A program made the translations under genes and the position numbers. A stretch of DNA of 20,000 nt, from IMG/VR virus record IMGVR_UViG_3300043571_000407. The stretch is one strand, 5' to 3'. Below, piece after piece: positions 7,987-16,312 of this stretch; position 1 is the stretch's first letter; the number at the start of each line of letters is the position of its first letter. Source of the stretch: an uncultured virus (IMG/VR IMGVR_UViG_3300043571_000407). Taxonomy: Duplodnaviria > Heunggongvirae > Uroviricota > Caudoviricetes. The notes below the pieces were generated by a model. It saw only the letters and a list, made by a program, of their open reading frames with translations, did not search any database and was not told the DNA's origin.

Positions 7987-8102
7987 TTAATTAAGTTTAC
8001 TTCTACCAATATCAAAATGTGCTTGGGCGATCGCTAACTTCACCTGGATTTCTGTTGGCGGAGCATCGAATCTTAATTTTGTCCATAAAGTACAGATGTC
8101 AT
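7987..8102 (-). pseudogene. Frameshifted, truncated third copy of the shared leader
   Basis: ATG 8102 gives MTSVLYGQN*; a 1-nt shift gives LRFDAPPTEIQVKLAIAQ, matching LRLDAAPTEVQMKLGISQ and PRLDAAPTKEQMRLAITQ. Confidence 0.75.
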
Positions 8103-8163
8103 CTTTTATACATAAATCTTAGGGGTTACTACCTAAGCCTTGATTGACTTAGATAGTATAAAA

Positions 8164-8556
8164 TTAAATGTAAACACGGGAAGCAAACTCTAGCTCAATC
8201 GTGTCAAACAAGGTTTTCCCTGACACGGTAATTGGGGCAGTGGGTGTCACTTTTCGCAAGTAAGCACTATAAATAATATAGTTTGCAAAAGCCATGTTCG
8301 CACCGACTGGCTGATTGTCGATTAATTTTTGGACGTTTTGGGTTCTTTCGGATTCAAACGTATCAAGATCATCGTCAACAGCACCCTGAATTGTTAGCGT
8401 CACGGATTTCTTTACAAGAGGGATAACCGCTATATCTCCCCCTTGATTTAATTTAACCTCAAGAGTTTCGTCGTCCCCGAACGAGATGTCTTCAGGCTTG
8501 AAGGCGTAATCCTTCCCGGCTCTTGTAATCTTGAAAAAACTAACAGGAATTGGCAT
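8164..8556 (-). CDS. Hypothetical protein, probably virion structural (tail tube or distal-tail-like); ATG 8556 preferred to 8586
   Basis: 130 aa, beta-rich appearance (SVTLTIQG, IELEF near the C-terminus), phage morphogenesis context; product is an inference. Confidence 0.55.
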   Translation of the reverse strand: MPIPVSFFKITRAGKDYAFKPEDISFGDDETLEVKLNQGGDIAVIPLVKKSVTLTIQGAVDDDLDTFESERTQNVQKLIDNQPVGANMAFANYIIYSAYLRKVTPTAPITVSGKTLFDTIELEFASRVYI

Positions 8557-8629
8557 GATAAAACCCTTCTGATCAGAAGTTATCACTATAATTTTAAGGT
8601 TGGATTCTTATAGATCAACGGGACTTTGT

Positions 8630-8653
8630 AAAATAATTTCTATACAAGAAAAT
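8630..8653. promoter_or_regulatory. 24-bp box, copy 2
   Basis: Identical to 956-979 and the same 73-nt distance from a minus-strand ATG. Confidence 0.6.
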
Positions 8654-8961
8654 CACACCTTTTTTATTTCATTGATTTCTTAGTGAATAGAAGGGAGGCA
8701 GCCCGTTTCAGTGGGCCTGGGTATCATTATGCCAAATCCTTACACATCAAGCCATTGTGAGGCTATTGTATCGTTCTGCATTGGATACTGAGTCATCCAT
8801 ATAAAAGGACGGGGTTTTAAAGAAATATTCCAGGGATTCTCAAAAAGGGAGATGCAAATAGTCTGGTTTTACCATTCCCGACTACCTGATCTTTATTCAA
8901 AATCTGTCCAAATTTACCCTGAGCTACCTTCGCCCGATCTCACTTCTCCCTCAAGGTTGAC

Positions 8962-9319
8962 TCTATTTTTTTTTGGTGTGACAGGTCATATCAAAATAAA
9001 TTGTTTGGTGATGTGAGATTTTTTTGCCCTTAAAAATTCAGTGTGATCGGACACAACAGTTGCTATATACCCATACCCCAATACAACTCAGTAACTACAT
9101 AGCGTTATAACCATATAGCTACTTGGTTATTTAGTAAAACATTCAAAAAATTGCTGTAATCTTTATGGGGGGCTTTATCTAGCCATTATAAAGGAATTCT
9201 TAAAATGGTATCAAGCTATGATACAAACAACGAGATAATGGCTGTCACACCAAAACATAATAGAAGATTAATACAAAACACTGTGATCAAAATTCAGTGT
9301 GATCAAATTCAGTGTGATC
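8962..9319. repeat. Non-coding repeat cluster: 23-bp inverted repeat, 15-bp direct repeats and internal palindromes
   Basis: Inverted repeat 8962-8984/9242-9264 (21/23 match); AAATTCAGTGTGATC at 9034, 9290 and 9305; palindromes at 9107-9130 and 9208-9224. Confidence 0.8.
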
Positions 9320-9517
9320 ACAGGTTAAGGTTATATTTTGGAAAGACAAATATACAGGGTCACTAAAATGAGTGTGTAGCCTTTAAAGAAGAACACTCTC
9401 CTCCAGTAGATATAATGGCGGATTTTTTTTTGAGGGAGGGAGGGGCCGGATTTTGCTATAATGAAAACCCAGAGAGAAAGAATCTTTCCGGGGTGTCCCA
9501 CAATCAAAAATAAAATC

Positions 9518-9871
9518 ATGCCCCCGTCTCTAATCTCATCAAATCCACCGTGTCCGCATTGTGGATCTCTAAACCTGGAAGAGCAGAAAACCAAACCCCC
9601 TTATTACAAGAAACTGGTCTGCTTGGATTGTGACCAATTTGTGCGGTGGATACCTCGTCCACAGGGAGTTGAGAAAACCCAGGAGGTACTCAACCAACTA
9701 GAATCAATTGAGAGGGCAAAACTAAGCCCGTGGCAGCGTGAGTTTGTAGAGAAGATGGTAGAAGTATGCAACGAAGCATTAGAGGCGGAGAAAGCCGTAA
9801 AATTGACCCCTCGACAAATTGATCAAATTGCCGAGTTATCCTTCCGAGTGGATTCTATGTTGAGAAGATAG
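9518..9871 (+). CDS. Small zinc-ribbon protein (CPHC...CLDC) with helical C-terminus
   Basis: Two CxxC pairs. Extended -10 TGCTATAAT at 9454-9462 overlaps the track's ATG 9461, favouring ATG 9518. Confidence 0.7.
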   Translation: MPPSLISSNPPCPHCGSLNLEEQKTKPPYYKKLVCLDCDQFVRWIPRPQGVEKTQEVLNQLESIERAKLSPWQREFVEKMVEVCNEALEAEKAVKLTPRQIDQIAELSFRVDSMLRR

Positions 9872-9994
9872 CTACTAAGTCGCAAATCTTGATAAGTGGC
9901 GATCGCTAAATCTATTTAAAAACACGGGACAACGATTAGTTTTGGTAGTGTCATCCAAGTGCCAATTGTTACCGAGTTACCTTAACTCATACAT

Positions 9995-10017
9995 AGATTT
10001 ACGTAGCCCGTAAATCT
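9995..10017. terminator. Hairpin between convergent genes (possible terminator)
   Basis: AGATTTACG-tagcc-CGTAAATCT forms a 9-bp perfect stem; no clear U tract. Confidence 0.3.
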
Positions 10018-10119
10018 GGAACTGACAAAGATTTCTTGTGACGGTTTAGACAACTTAGTCAACCCTAGTAAAATAAAATAGGTTGGCTAATTTGTATTCA
10101 GAAACTAATTAATTTTAAA

Positions 10120-12114
10120 CTAATCTAATTGAGCTTGGACATTGATTCTATTTGCTATATCTGTTAATATCTTTCCTTGATAAACTTCGTCAACTTCCTC
10201 TGAGTCTTCTACATCTTGGCGATATTGGTTTAACTCCGTAGGATCGCACTTCTCTACTCCCCCAAAACGATCTAATCCGGCATGGTAGTAATAGCAATCG
10301 CGCACTTCTTTTGGGGAATCAAAACCCAAAAAATACTTTGTTTCGTCAATCTCCCCTGTTGCTGTGTTAAGTTGCCGAACCTTCCAGAGACTTGGTGAGT
10401 TCGGGTTTTTGATGTAAACGTCGATTGCTTTCGCGTCCTCCGCGTGTCCGTAGCTGCGTCTAATATGCCCATACCCTGCCTTCATTGTTTTGTTATAGCG
10501 AAGATCCCCTTTGTCGTGAGTGACCCCAATAGATAGCCCGTGCCAATTAAGAACCCGTTTTATTGGGGTGTAAGCAGCACTGTCCATTTGAGTTATAGGT
10601 TCTTCTTCAACAGGAGCAGGTTCTTCGGTGGGTGGGGCAGCTTCCTCTCCTCCTAACGCCCCCATATCAAAACCACCGAGGGAGTTTGCTTGTTCTTCTG
10701 CTTTCTTCCTGGCTTCTTCCCATGCTTTTTGATCAATGTTAAATTCTGGCCACCAATCGGAGTTAGAAGGTACTGTCCGAGCTTCGTTGGGCGTAATAAA
10801 TCCGGCTTGAATCCCTGAAGCTAAGGCTTGAATATCAGATAAGCGTCCAGAGCGAAGATCCTCAATGGTCATTCTCAAAATTGAGGGATACTGCCTTTGA
10901 TAGTCGTCGGGGATTTTGCCTTTTGTGGGGCCGTCTTTGGCCAAGAAGATATAGCGATCAAGAATAGCCGCACTAGGATCTAAATTCTCTCCCTGGTACT
11001 CTGCTACCGAGTTAGCGTAGTTTATTTGGGTTTCCTTGCCATCACGCCCTAACCCCCCAGGGCTTTCCCCCCAAACTATCGTGTGAGGCATTCCAGAGGC
11101 CCCCGTAACCCCATCCTTTTGTACTTGCACAAGTGAATCCATCCCGGCGAGGGGACGGGCGTTCCAGTTGAATTGTTCACGGGAGTCATGGAGAACCATG
11201 CCATATAAATCAAACATTAATCGAATTGATTTCATGGTTTGCTTAATAGCTGCAATACTTTCTTCATCAGATGCCATCATCAGTTCCCGTAGTCCTTCAA
11301 AAGAATGCTGTAAAACCGATTGGGTTTTAATCAATTCGCCTACTGCATTGAGTCCATTTGTATAGTTTTTGTAATACTTCCAAACCTCGTCAAAGACACT
11401 CAACCCCCATCCATTATTGTAAGAAATCATCCAATCATCAGGCATTAATGCCCCATTAAACCGAAGGATTCGAGACCGATGAATAAGGCGATCATCTTGC
11501 TTAGAGTTTGTTTCGTTAAACAGTAATTTTTGTTTTATTTGTTGGTCAATTGTTAGGATTTCATAATGTTCAATATCATCAAGGTCAAATATACTCGCAG
11601 CCGTTCTCACCGAAGGAGCAACTTGCCATCGGTGACGAACAATTAACCCAGAAATTGATTTAATCTTGCCTTCGTTAACAGGTTCGGAATAATGTCTCCC
11701 GTCATTAATCTTGAGAATAATAACTGTCCCGCCGTGAGAACGAGAGAACTGTAAGGCTTTTCTAAATTGTGATCTAGTTTTTAGTCTTTCGTGATAAGCA
11801 TAGTAATCGCGGACTAATTTAGAACCCACCTTACTAGAGAAATCATCCCCCAAGGATAACTGCCACATCTTTTGGGTTGACGAAGATGGAAGGCTCCACG
11901 CTATCCGCTTTAAGATCGCGTCCGCCAAGCAATTCTCGACCTGTTGCTGGGAGAAAGGTTGGATTCTTCCCGTTACAGGGAGAGGATTTCGCATCGAATT
12001 TGCGTCGGCACTCTCCGCCAACGCTTGCATCATGACGCGAGAGTCTTCCCGATAACGGTTCGCAATCTCTGTGGTGGTTTCTTTTTTTGTTGTCTCGGAT
12101 GATTGGGCGGTCAT
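10120..12114 (-). CDS. Portal protein (DUF1073 family) fused to a C-terminal inorganic-pyrophosphatase-like (InPase) domain
   Basis: Portal motifs SRSHGGTVI, IHRSRILRFNG, GWGLSV, GASGMPHTIVWGESPGGL and ITPNEAR. After an acidic/Pro linker: WHGLSIGV..GDLR..YGHI..DAKAIDVYI..VRQL..DETKYFLGFDS. Confidence 0.85.
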   Translation of the reverse strand: MTAQSSETTKKETTTEIANRYREDSRVMMQALAESADANSMRNPLPVTGRIQPFSQQQVENCLADAILKRIAWSLPSSSTQKMWQLSLGDDFSSKVGSKLVRDYYAYHERLKTRSQFRKALQFSRSHGGTVIILKINDGRHYSEPVNEGKIKSISGLIVRHRWQVAPSVRTAASIFDLDDIEHYEILTIDQQIKQKLLFNETNSKQDDRLIHRSRILRFNGALMPDDWMISYNNGWGLSVFDEVWKYYKNYTNGLNAVGELIKTQSVLQHSFEGLRELMMASDEESIAAIKQTMKSIRLMFDLYGMVLHDSREQFNWNARPLAGMDSLVQVQKDGVTGASGMPHTIVWGESPGGLGRDGKETQINYANSVAEYQGENLDPSAAILDRYIFLAKDGPTKGKIPDDYQRQYPSILRMTIEDLRSGRLSDIQALASGIQAGFITPNEARTVPSNSDWWPEFNIDQKAWEEARKKAEEQANSLGGFDMGALGGEEAAPPTEEPAPVEEEPITQMDSAAYTPIKRVLNWHGLSIGVTHDKGDLRYNKTMKAGYGHIRRSYGHAEDAKAIDVYIKNPNSPSLWKVRQLNTATGEIDETKYFLGFDSPKEVRDCYYYHAGLDRFGGVEKCDPTELNQYRQDVEDSEEVDEVYQGKILTDIANRINVQAQLD

Positions 12115-12208
12115 TTTATATTAAAGTTATTGGTATTTTTTCTTGCAGAATTATCTTCAATTTTAAGGCATAATTATAATATTGTTAATTTATATTTAAT
12201 CTCAAAAC

Positions 12209-12865
12209 ATGACTTCTTCAATTGGCTCAATCAGCTATCCCGCTTCCCAACCCGACCTGACAGTGACAATCCCCTTCAAAAAGGTGCGGAAACAAATTAC
12301 CGAAGGGGGAGTAGTAAAAGATGTGTTAGAAGCCTGGGCAGATTTTGGTGGTGCGGTATCTCAAGTGAATACCATCACCATCACAGCCGGGAGTACGGGA
12401 GATGATTACTTGATAGGCATCAGTGATGGGACAAACGACGCTATTGTCTCCTATGTTCAACAATCGGGAGATACTGCCACCGTAATTGCAGCAAGACTTT
12501 TAGAGGAGATTAATGGGGTTCCTTCCGCATCTGCTTTGGTTTCGGGAACGGCATCGGCCAACGTTTTAACCCTTACCTCTGACTTACCTGGGGTAACAAT
12601 TACTTACGATGTAAGTGGGTCTACCACACCCGGAAATATTGTTGTGGCTCAAACTACAGCAGCTTCGGGAACCGCAAAAATGCGAAAAATAGGAGAGATA
12701 AAAACGTACTTTATTCTCCCTGTTGGTGGGCGGAATATTGCCGTGGTTTCACAAGTCGTTTTTTATGATGGTGCGAATCCTCCTGTTATTGTACGAACAG
12801 GCGCCGAAGCCAGCGCAAATCACCCCACAAGCATGGAGGCGATCTCCGCTTCTGTTAATGGGTAA
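12209..12865 (+). CDS. Probable virion structural protein with an Ig-like insertion domain
   Basis: T/S/A/G/V-rich; QVNTITIT...SGDTATVIAARLLEEIN...VLTLTS resembles accessory domains of sheath and decoration proteins. Confidence 0.55.
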   Translation: MTSSIGSISYPASQPDLTVTIPFKKVRKQITEGGVVKDVLEAWADFGGAVSQVNTITITAGSTGDDYLIGISDGTNDAIVSYVQQSGDTATVIAARLLEEINGVPSASALVSGTASANVLTLTSDLPGVTITYDVSGSTTPGNIVVAQTTAASGTAKMRKIGEIKTYFILPVGGRNIAVVSQVVFYDGANPPVIVRTGAEASANHPTSMEAISASVNG

Positions 12866-13499
12866 AGTTTGCCGAGCTTGGGTAAAAGAATCGGGAGGCG
12901 AGTTGTACACCCCTCCTGATTTGGTGCTACCTTCTTCCATCAAGGTTGACGAAGAAAAAATCGAATTAAAATTAGCTGGTCATCCATTAGTTGCGGCATT
13001 GTGCAGAAAAAAACGATGGGCAATTACTCCCGAATTTCCAGACTTTACGCTCTTAGAGGCGAGGCTATCGGGGAATAGTGGGCAATTATCCCTCTCTGGT
13101 AATGCTTCAAAATACGATATTAAAATCCCTAAGCCAGATAGCGAGGCGATCGCTTATTACTTCCCAAACGCCGATAATAAATCGCCTCTAACAGTAGAAT
13201 TAGTGGACAGGATTACGGGTCAATCTCAAATCGTGGTTGAAGAAGGTGGGAAAATCTATGCTTCTCCTAATCTTTCTGGGCAAACTGTAAAAATTAGAAC
13301 GCAGGTGATTTACCATGAAGCGACACAAGAGCTACAGGAACCCATAGAAAAGTTAGATGCTCATCTTGTCTTCAAAGAAGGGGAATCCTTAGATCGAAGA
13401 TGGCGATATTTGGAGTTAAAACAATGTGAATTCGAGCCATTGTTTGGCAATAGAATCAAGTTAGTTAATTGGCAAGGTAGTCGGGAGGAGTGGCTTTAA
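12858..13499 (+). CDS. Hypothetical protein, likely tail-related; start ATG 12858 overlaps the upstream stop
   Basis: Long ORF translationally coupled to both neighbours. Confidence 0.65.
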   Translation: MGKVCRAWVKESGGELYTPPDLVLPSSIKVDEEKIELKLAGHPLVAALCRKKRWAITPEFPDFTLLEARLSGNSGQLSLSGNASKYDIKIPKPDSEAIAYYFPNADNKSPLTVELVDRITGQSQIVVEEGGKIYASPNLSGQTVKIRTQVIYHEATQELQEPIEKLDAHLVFKEGESLDRRWRYLELKQCEFEPLFGNRIKLVNWQGSREEWL

Positions 13500-14149
13500 T
13501 GTTACACTTCCGATTAAATTATCAGACTGGGGATTTCGTCTTGGTTTTCCCTGTGCCTATTAGAGAGTCTAGGAAACTATCTGCATATCTTTTAGACTTA
13601 CGAAAGTCCATTGCAGGGCTTCACATTTACCCAGAGGAAATGGATGATTACCTTTTCCCTCGGTTTCGTTATCATTATTTAAAAATAGCCCATTTTTTTG
13701 AATTTGATCCTGACCAATTAACTCAAGAATCACGCCATCATTTTTTTATAGCAACGGAGCCAATCACCTATCGTGGGCAGCTAATCCCAGGTTTAAGTTT
13801 ACTAGAACAATTATTAGGTTATAAATATCCCGAAGAGGGAACAGACCCCAAGGTACTTCCCCAGGAACCCATTACAACGGGAGATTTAGCACTTGATATT
13901 ATCGCGGATGCTATCTTAATATTTAAAGTGGGAGGACTTGAGAATCATTACTCTTTAGACGATCTGGCAAAGCTGTGTAAACAAGCAAATGATAGACTAA
14001 AACAGGCGGAGGAGTTAGCAAAAGGGGAAACAACGGGTGGGGATGAGAACTTGGAAAACGAACCACTAGAGGATGATTTTGTTAAGGATAGGTCTAGGTT
14101 GTATAACTGGTTAATTAATTTAGGGGTAACTGTTCCTATGGAGTTTTAG
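13499..14149 (+). CDS. Hypothetical protein (possibly a tail assembly chaperone)
   Basis: TAATG stop/start overlap at 13497-13501; helical, acidic C-terminus; function is a guess. Confidence 0.62.
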   Translation: MLHFRLNYQTGDFVLVFPVPIRESRKLSAYLLDLRKSIAGLHIYPEEMDDYLFPRFRYHYLKIAHFFEFDPDQLTQESRHHFFIATEPITYRGQLIPGLSLLEQLLGYKYPEEGTDPKVLPQEPITTGDLALDIIADAILIFKVGGLENHYSLDDLAKLCKQANDRLKQAEELAKGETTGGDENLENEPLEDDFVKDRSRLYNWLINLGVTVPMEF

Positions 14150-14255
14150 GTACGGAGTTTTAAAATGGAAAGAATTGTTATATATCGTGAAACCAGACCA
14201 TCTCCAAAGGGACGTATAAAAATTAAAATCACAATTGGTTACACAGGGAGGATGG

Positions 14256-15863
14256 GTGACAAAACAAAGACAACATAGTGGCTATCCTTCGATCTTGGAT
14301 AAGTTAGGATTTGTGGGGCAAAGTATCGCAAACTGGAACCCCTGGGAACCCAAGAGTGAACCGCAAAAAATGGCTCTGTCTTCTCCTGCTGACATTATCG
14401 GGTTTGGAGGGAGTGCAGGTGGGGGGAAAACCGCAATTATTCAGATTATGGCGGTGACACAACACCGGAAATCAATTGTTTTCCGACGAGAGTATCCTCG
14501 ATTGCTGGATATTATCGAAAAATCACGACTACTGTTGCGGGGTAGTGGCGCTACTTACAACAGTAACGAAAAGCTATGGAGGAAGATACCAGGAGGGAGA
14601 ACTCTAAAGTTTGGCGCGGCACAGCATGAAAGTGATATTGAAAATTGGCGAGGGATTGAGCATGATCTCAAGGCAATAGACGAGGTGACAGAGTTCTCCC
14701 TTGAGCAATTCCTCTTTTTAACGGGTTGGTGCAGAAGTCCAGATCCCCATCAGAAATGTAGGGTAATCTTTACTTTTAACCCACCTAGCCAGGTAAGTGG
14801 GCGATGGATTATCGGGTATCTTGCTCCCTGGCTTGATCCAAAATACGAATCTCAAACAGGGAGACACCTTGCCGAACCGGGTGAGTTACGTTGGTTCGTG
14901 GGGGTGAATGGGAAAGACCAAGAAGTAGATGTTGATAGCTTTTATCTCACGATTGGCAAGGAAATCCACGAGGTTTCTTCTCTTGATCCTGTAAAAGTTG
15001 AAGGGAAACTCTATTATCCCAAACCCAAGAAGATCAGAATCGGAGATGAAGACTTAGAACCTCGTTCCCGCACATTTATTCGCGCGACACTAGACGATAA
15101 TCCCTTCCTGAGAGATTCAGGGTATAGAGGGGTACTACAATCTCTCCCTGAACCTTTGCGATCGCAACTTCTCTATGGTGATATGGCTATCGAGCCAGAG
15201 TCAGACCCCTATCAAGTTATTCCTGGGGATTGGGTCACTTTGGCAATGCAACGATGGGTTGACTATCCTCAAGTCTTAAAAATGTCCCATATTGGCGTGG
15301 ATGTGGCACGGGGTGGGATAGATAAGACGGTATTGGCTTTACGATGGGATAACTGGCTAGATAAACTCAGGGAATTTGATGGAAGCCAGACCCCAGACAG
15401 CAATATTGTCGCGCAGCAAATTGCCTCCTGTATGGCAAATACAGGGATAAAGGTACAAATTGACGTAATTGGTGTGGGTGCTGCGGTTCACGATACCTGC
15501 CGGGGGATGAAAATGCACGTTATTCCCTTGAAAGGAAGTGAAGCCGCGAAGGATGGAAACGGCGAGTATTTAAAGGACAAAAGTGGGCTCTTAACCTTTG
15601 CCAATATGCGGACTTATTGGTATTGGAATCTGCGAGACTTATTAGATCCCAAGAATCAAATCCCGATCTCCTTACCTCCCGACGATCAATTAAAAGAAGA
15701 ACTCTGTGCCTTCCGGTGGTGGGAAAGCGGGAAAACAATCATGATTACCAAAAAAGATGATATTAAAAGCATTATCGGGCGATCGCCTAACTTAGCCGAT
15801 GCGGTATGCTATGCGTTCGCCAAAACTTACCGAGAAGGATTAGCCGATTGGATGAAAAAATAG
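14256..15863 (+). CDS. terL: Terminase large subunit
   Basis: Walker A GGSAGGGKT, Walker B AIDE, coupling motif TFNP, nuclease IGVDVARGGIDKT and RSPNLADA; GTG 14256 follows GGAGG. Confidence 0.93.
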   Translation: MTKQRQHSGYPSILDKLGFVGQSIANWNPWEPKSEPQKMALSSPADIIGFGGSAGGGKTAIIQIMAVTQHRKSIVFRREYPRLLDIIEKSRLLLRGSGATYNSNEKLWRKIPGGRTLKFGAAQHESDIENWRGIEHDLKAIDEVTEFSLEQFLFLTGWCRSPDPHQKCRVIFTFNPPSQVSGRWIIGYLAPWLDPKYESQTGRHLAEPGELRWFVGVNGKDQEVDVDSFYLTIGKEIHEVSSLDPVKVEGKLYYPKPKKIRIGDEDLEPRSRTFIRATLDDNPFLRDSGYRGVLQSLPEPLRSQLLYGDMAIEPESDPYQVIPGDWVTLAMQRWVDYPQVLKMSHIGVDVARGGIDKTVLALRWDNWLDKLREFDGSQTPDSNIVAQQIASCMANTGIKVQIDVIGVGAAVHDTCRGMKMHVIPLKGSEAAKDGNGEYLKDKSGLLTFANMRTYWYWNLRDLLDPKNQIPISLPPDDQLKEELCAFRWWESGKTIMITKKDDIKSIIGRSPNLADAVCYAFAKTYREGLADWMKK

Positions 15864-15865
15864 GT

Positions 15866-16282
15866 TCATAACCCAATAAAACAGTCAATTTGAAACGTGG
15901 AGATTGCTACCCAAAGCCGAGAAGAAGTCTGTTGCACCGTTGTAGCGTTAACTTCCCCTTTTAGCTGTACCTTTGCAGTTGAAAGCTCTAGCGCTCTAAC
16001 AACCTCCTCGTTAATGGAGAATATCCCGTGTCTGGCATAGATAGCCTCGGTTGCCTTTTCGATCTCCGCATTTAAACGGGAGCTACAACCCATCGAAATC
16101 ATCACGTTCCCCGTGAGAGATCCTAGATCGGATGTGTACCAATCTATCGCACCCGTCCGTTCCCCTACCATTAAGTCCCGCCCAAAGTCGAGGTCTTTTA
16201 AATAGAATGCTTTAAGAAATGCTTGCTCAACTTGAGGGACAAACAATTCTATGGTCTGTTTTAATTCTTGGCGATAATTCAT
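15866..16282 (-). CDS. Hypothetical protein, possibly tail terminator / tail completion
   Basis: 138-aa ORF that abuts terL tail-to-tail; size and C-terminal strand (LWVAISTFQI) are compatible; weak inference. Confidence 0.55.
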   Translation of the reverse strand: MNYRQELKQTIELFVPQVEQAFLKAFYLKDLDFGRDLMVGERTGAIDWYTSDLGSLTGNVMISMGCSSRLNAEIEKATEAIYARHGIFSINEEVVRALELSTAKVQLKGEVNATTVQQTSSRLWVAISTFQIDCFIGL

Positions 16283-16312
16283 GCAATAATATTGTTATTA
16301 GTCTTTAATTTT

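Noticed and set aside
8690..8960. Possible decayed gene or ncRNA
   Set aside because: Only short interrupted frames and weak hairpins; nothing supportable without a search.
12723..12857. 5' extension of the 258-aa track ORF (likewise 16268-16312)
   Set aside because: Overlaps the neighbouring gene; downstream ATGs (12858, 16313) give normal junctions.
14166..14279. 37-aa ORF upstream of terL as terminase small subunit
   Set aside because: Too short and no HTH-like pattern; cannot be supported.
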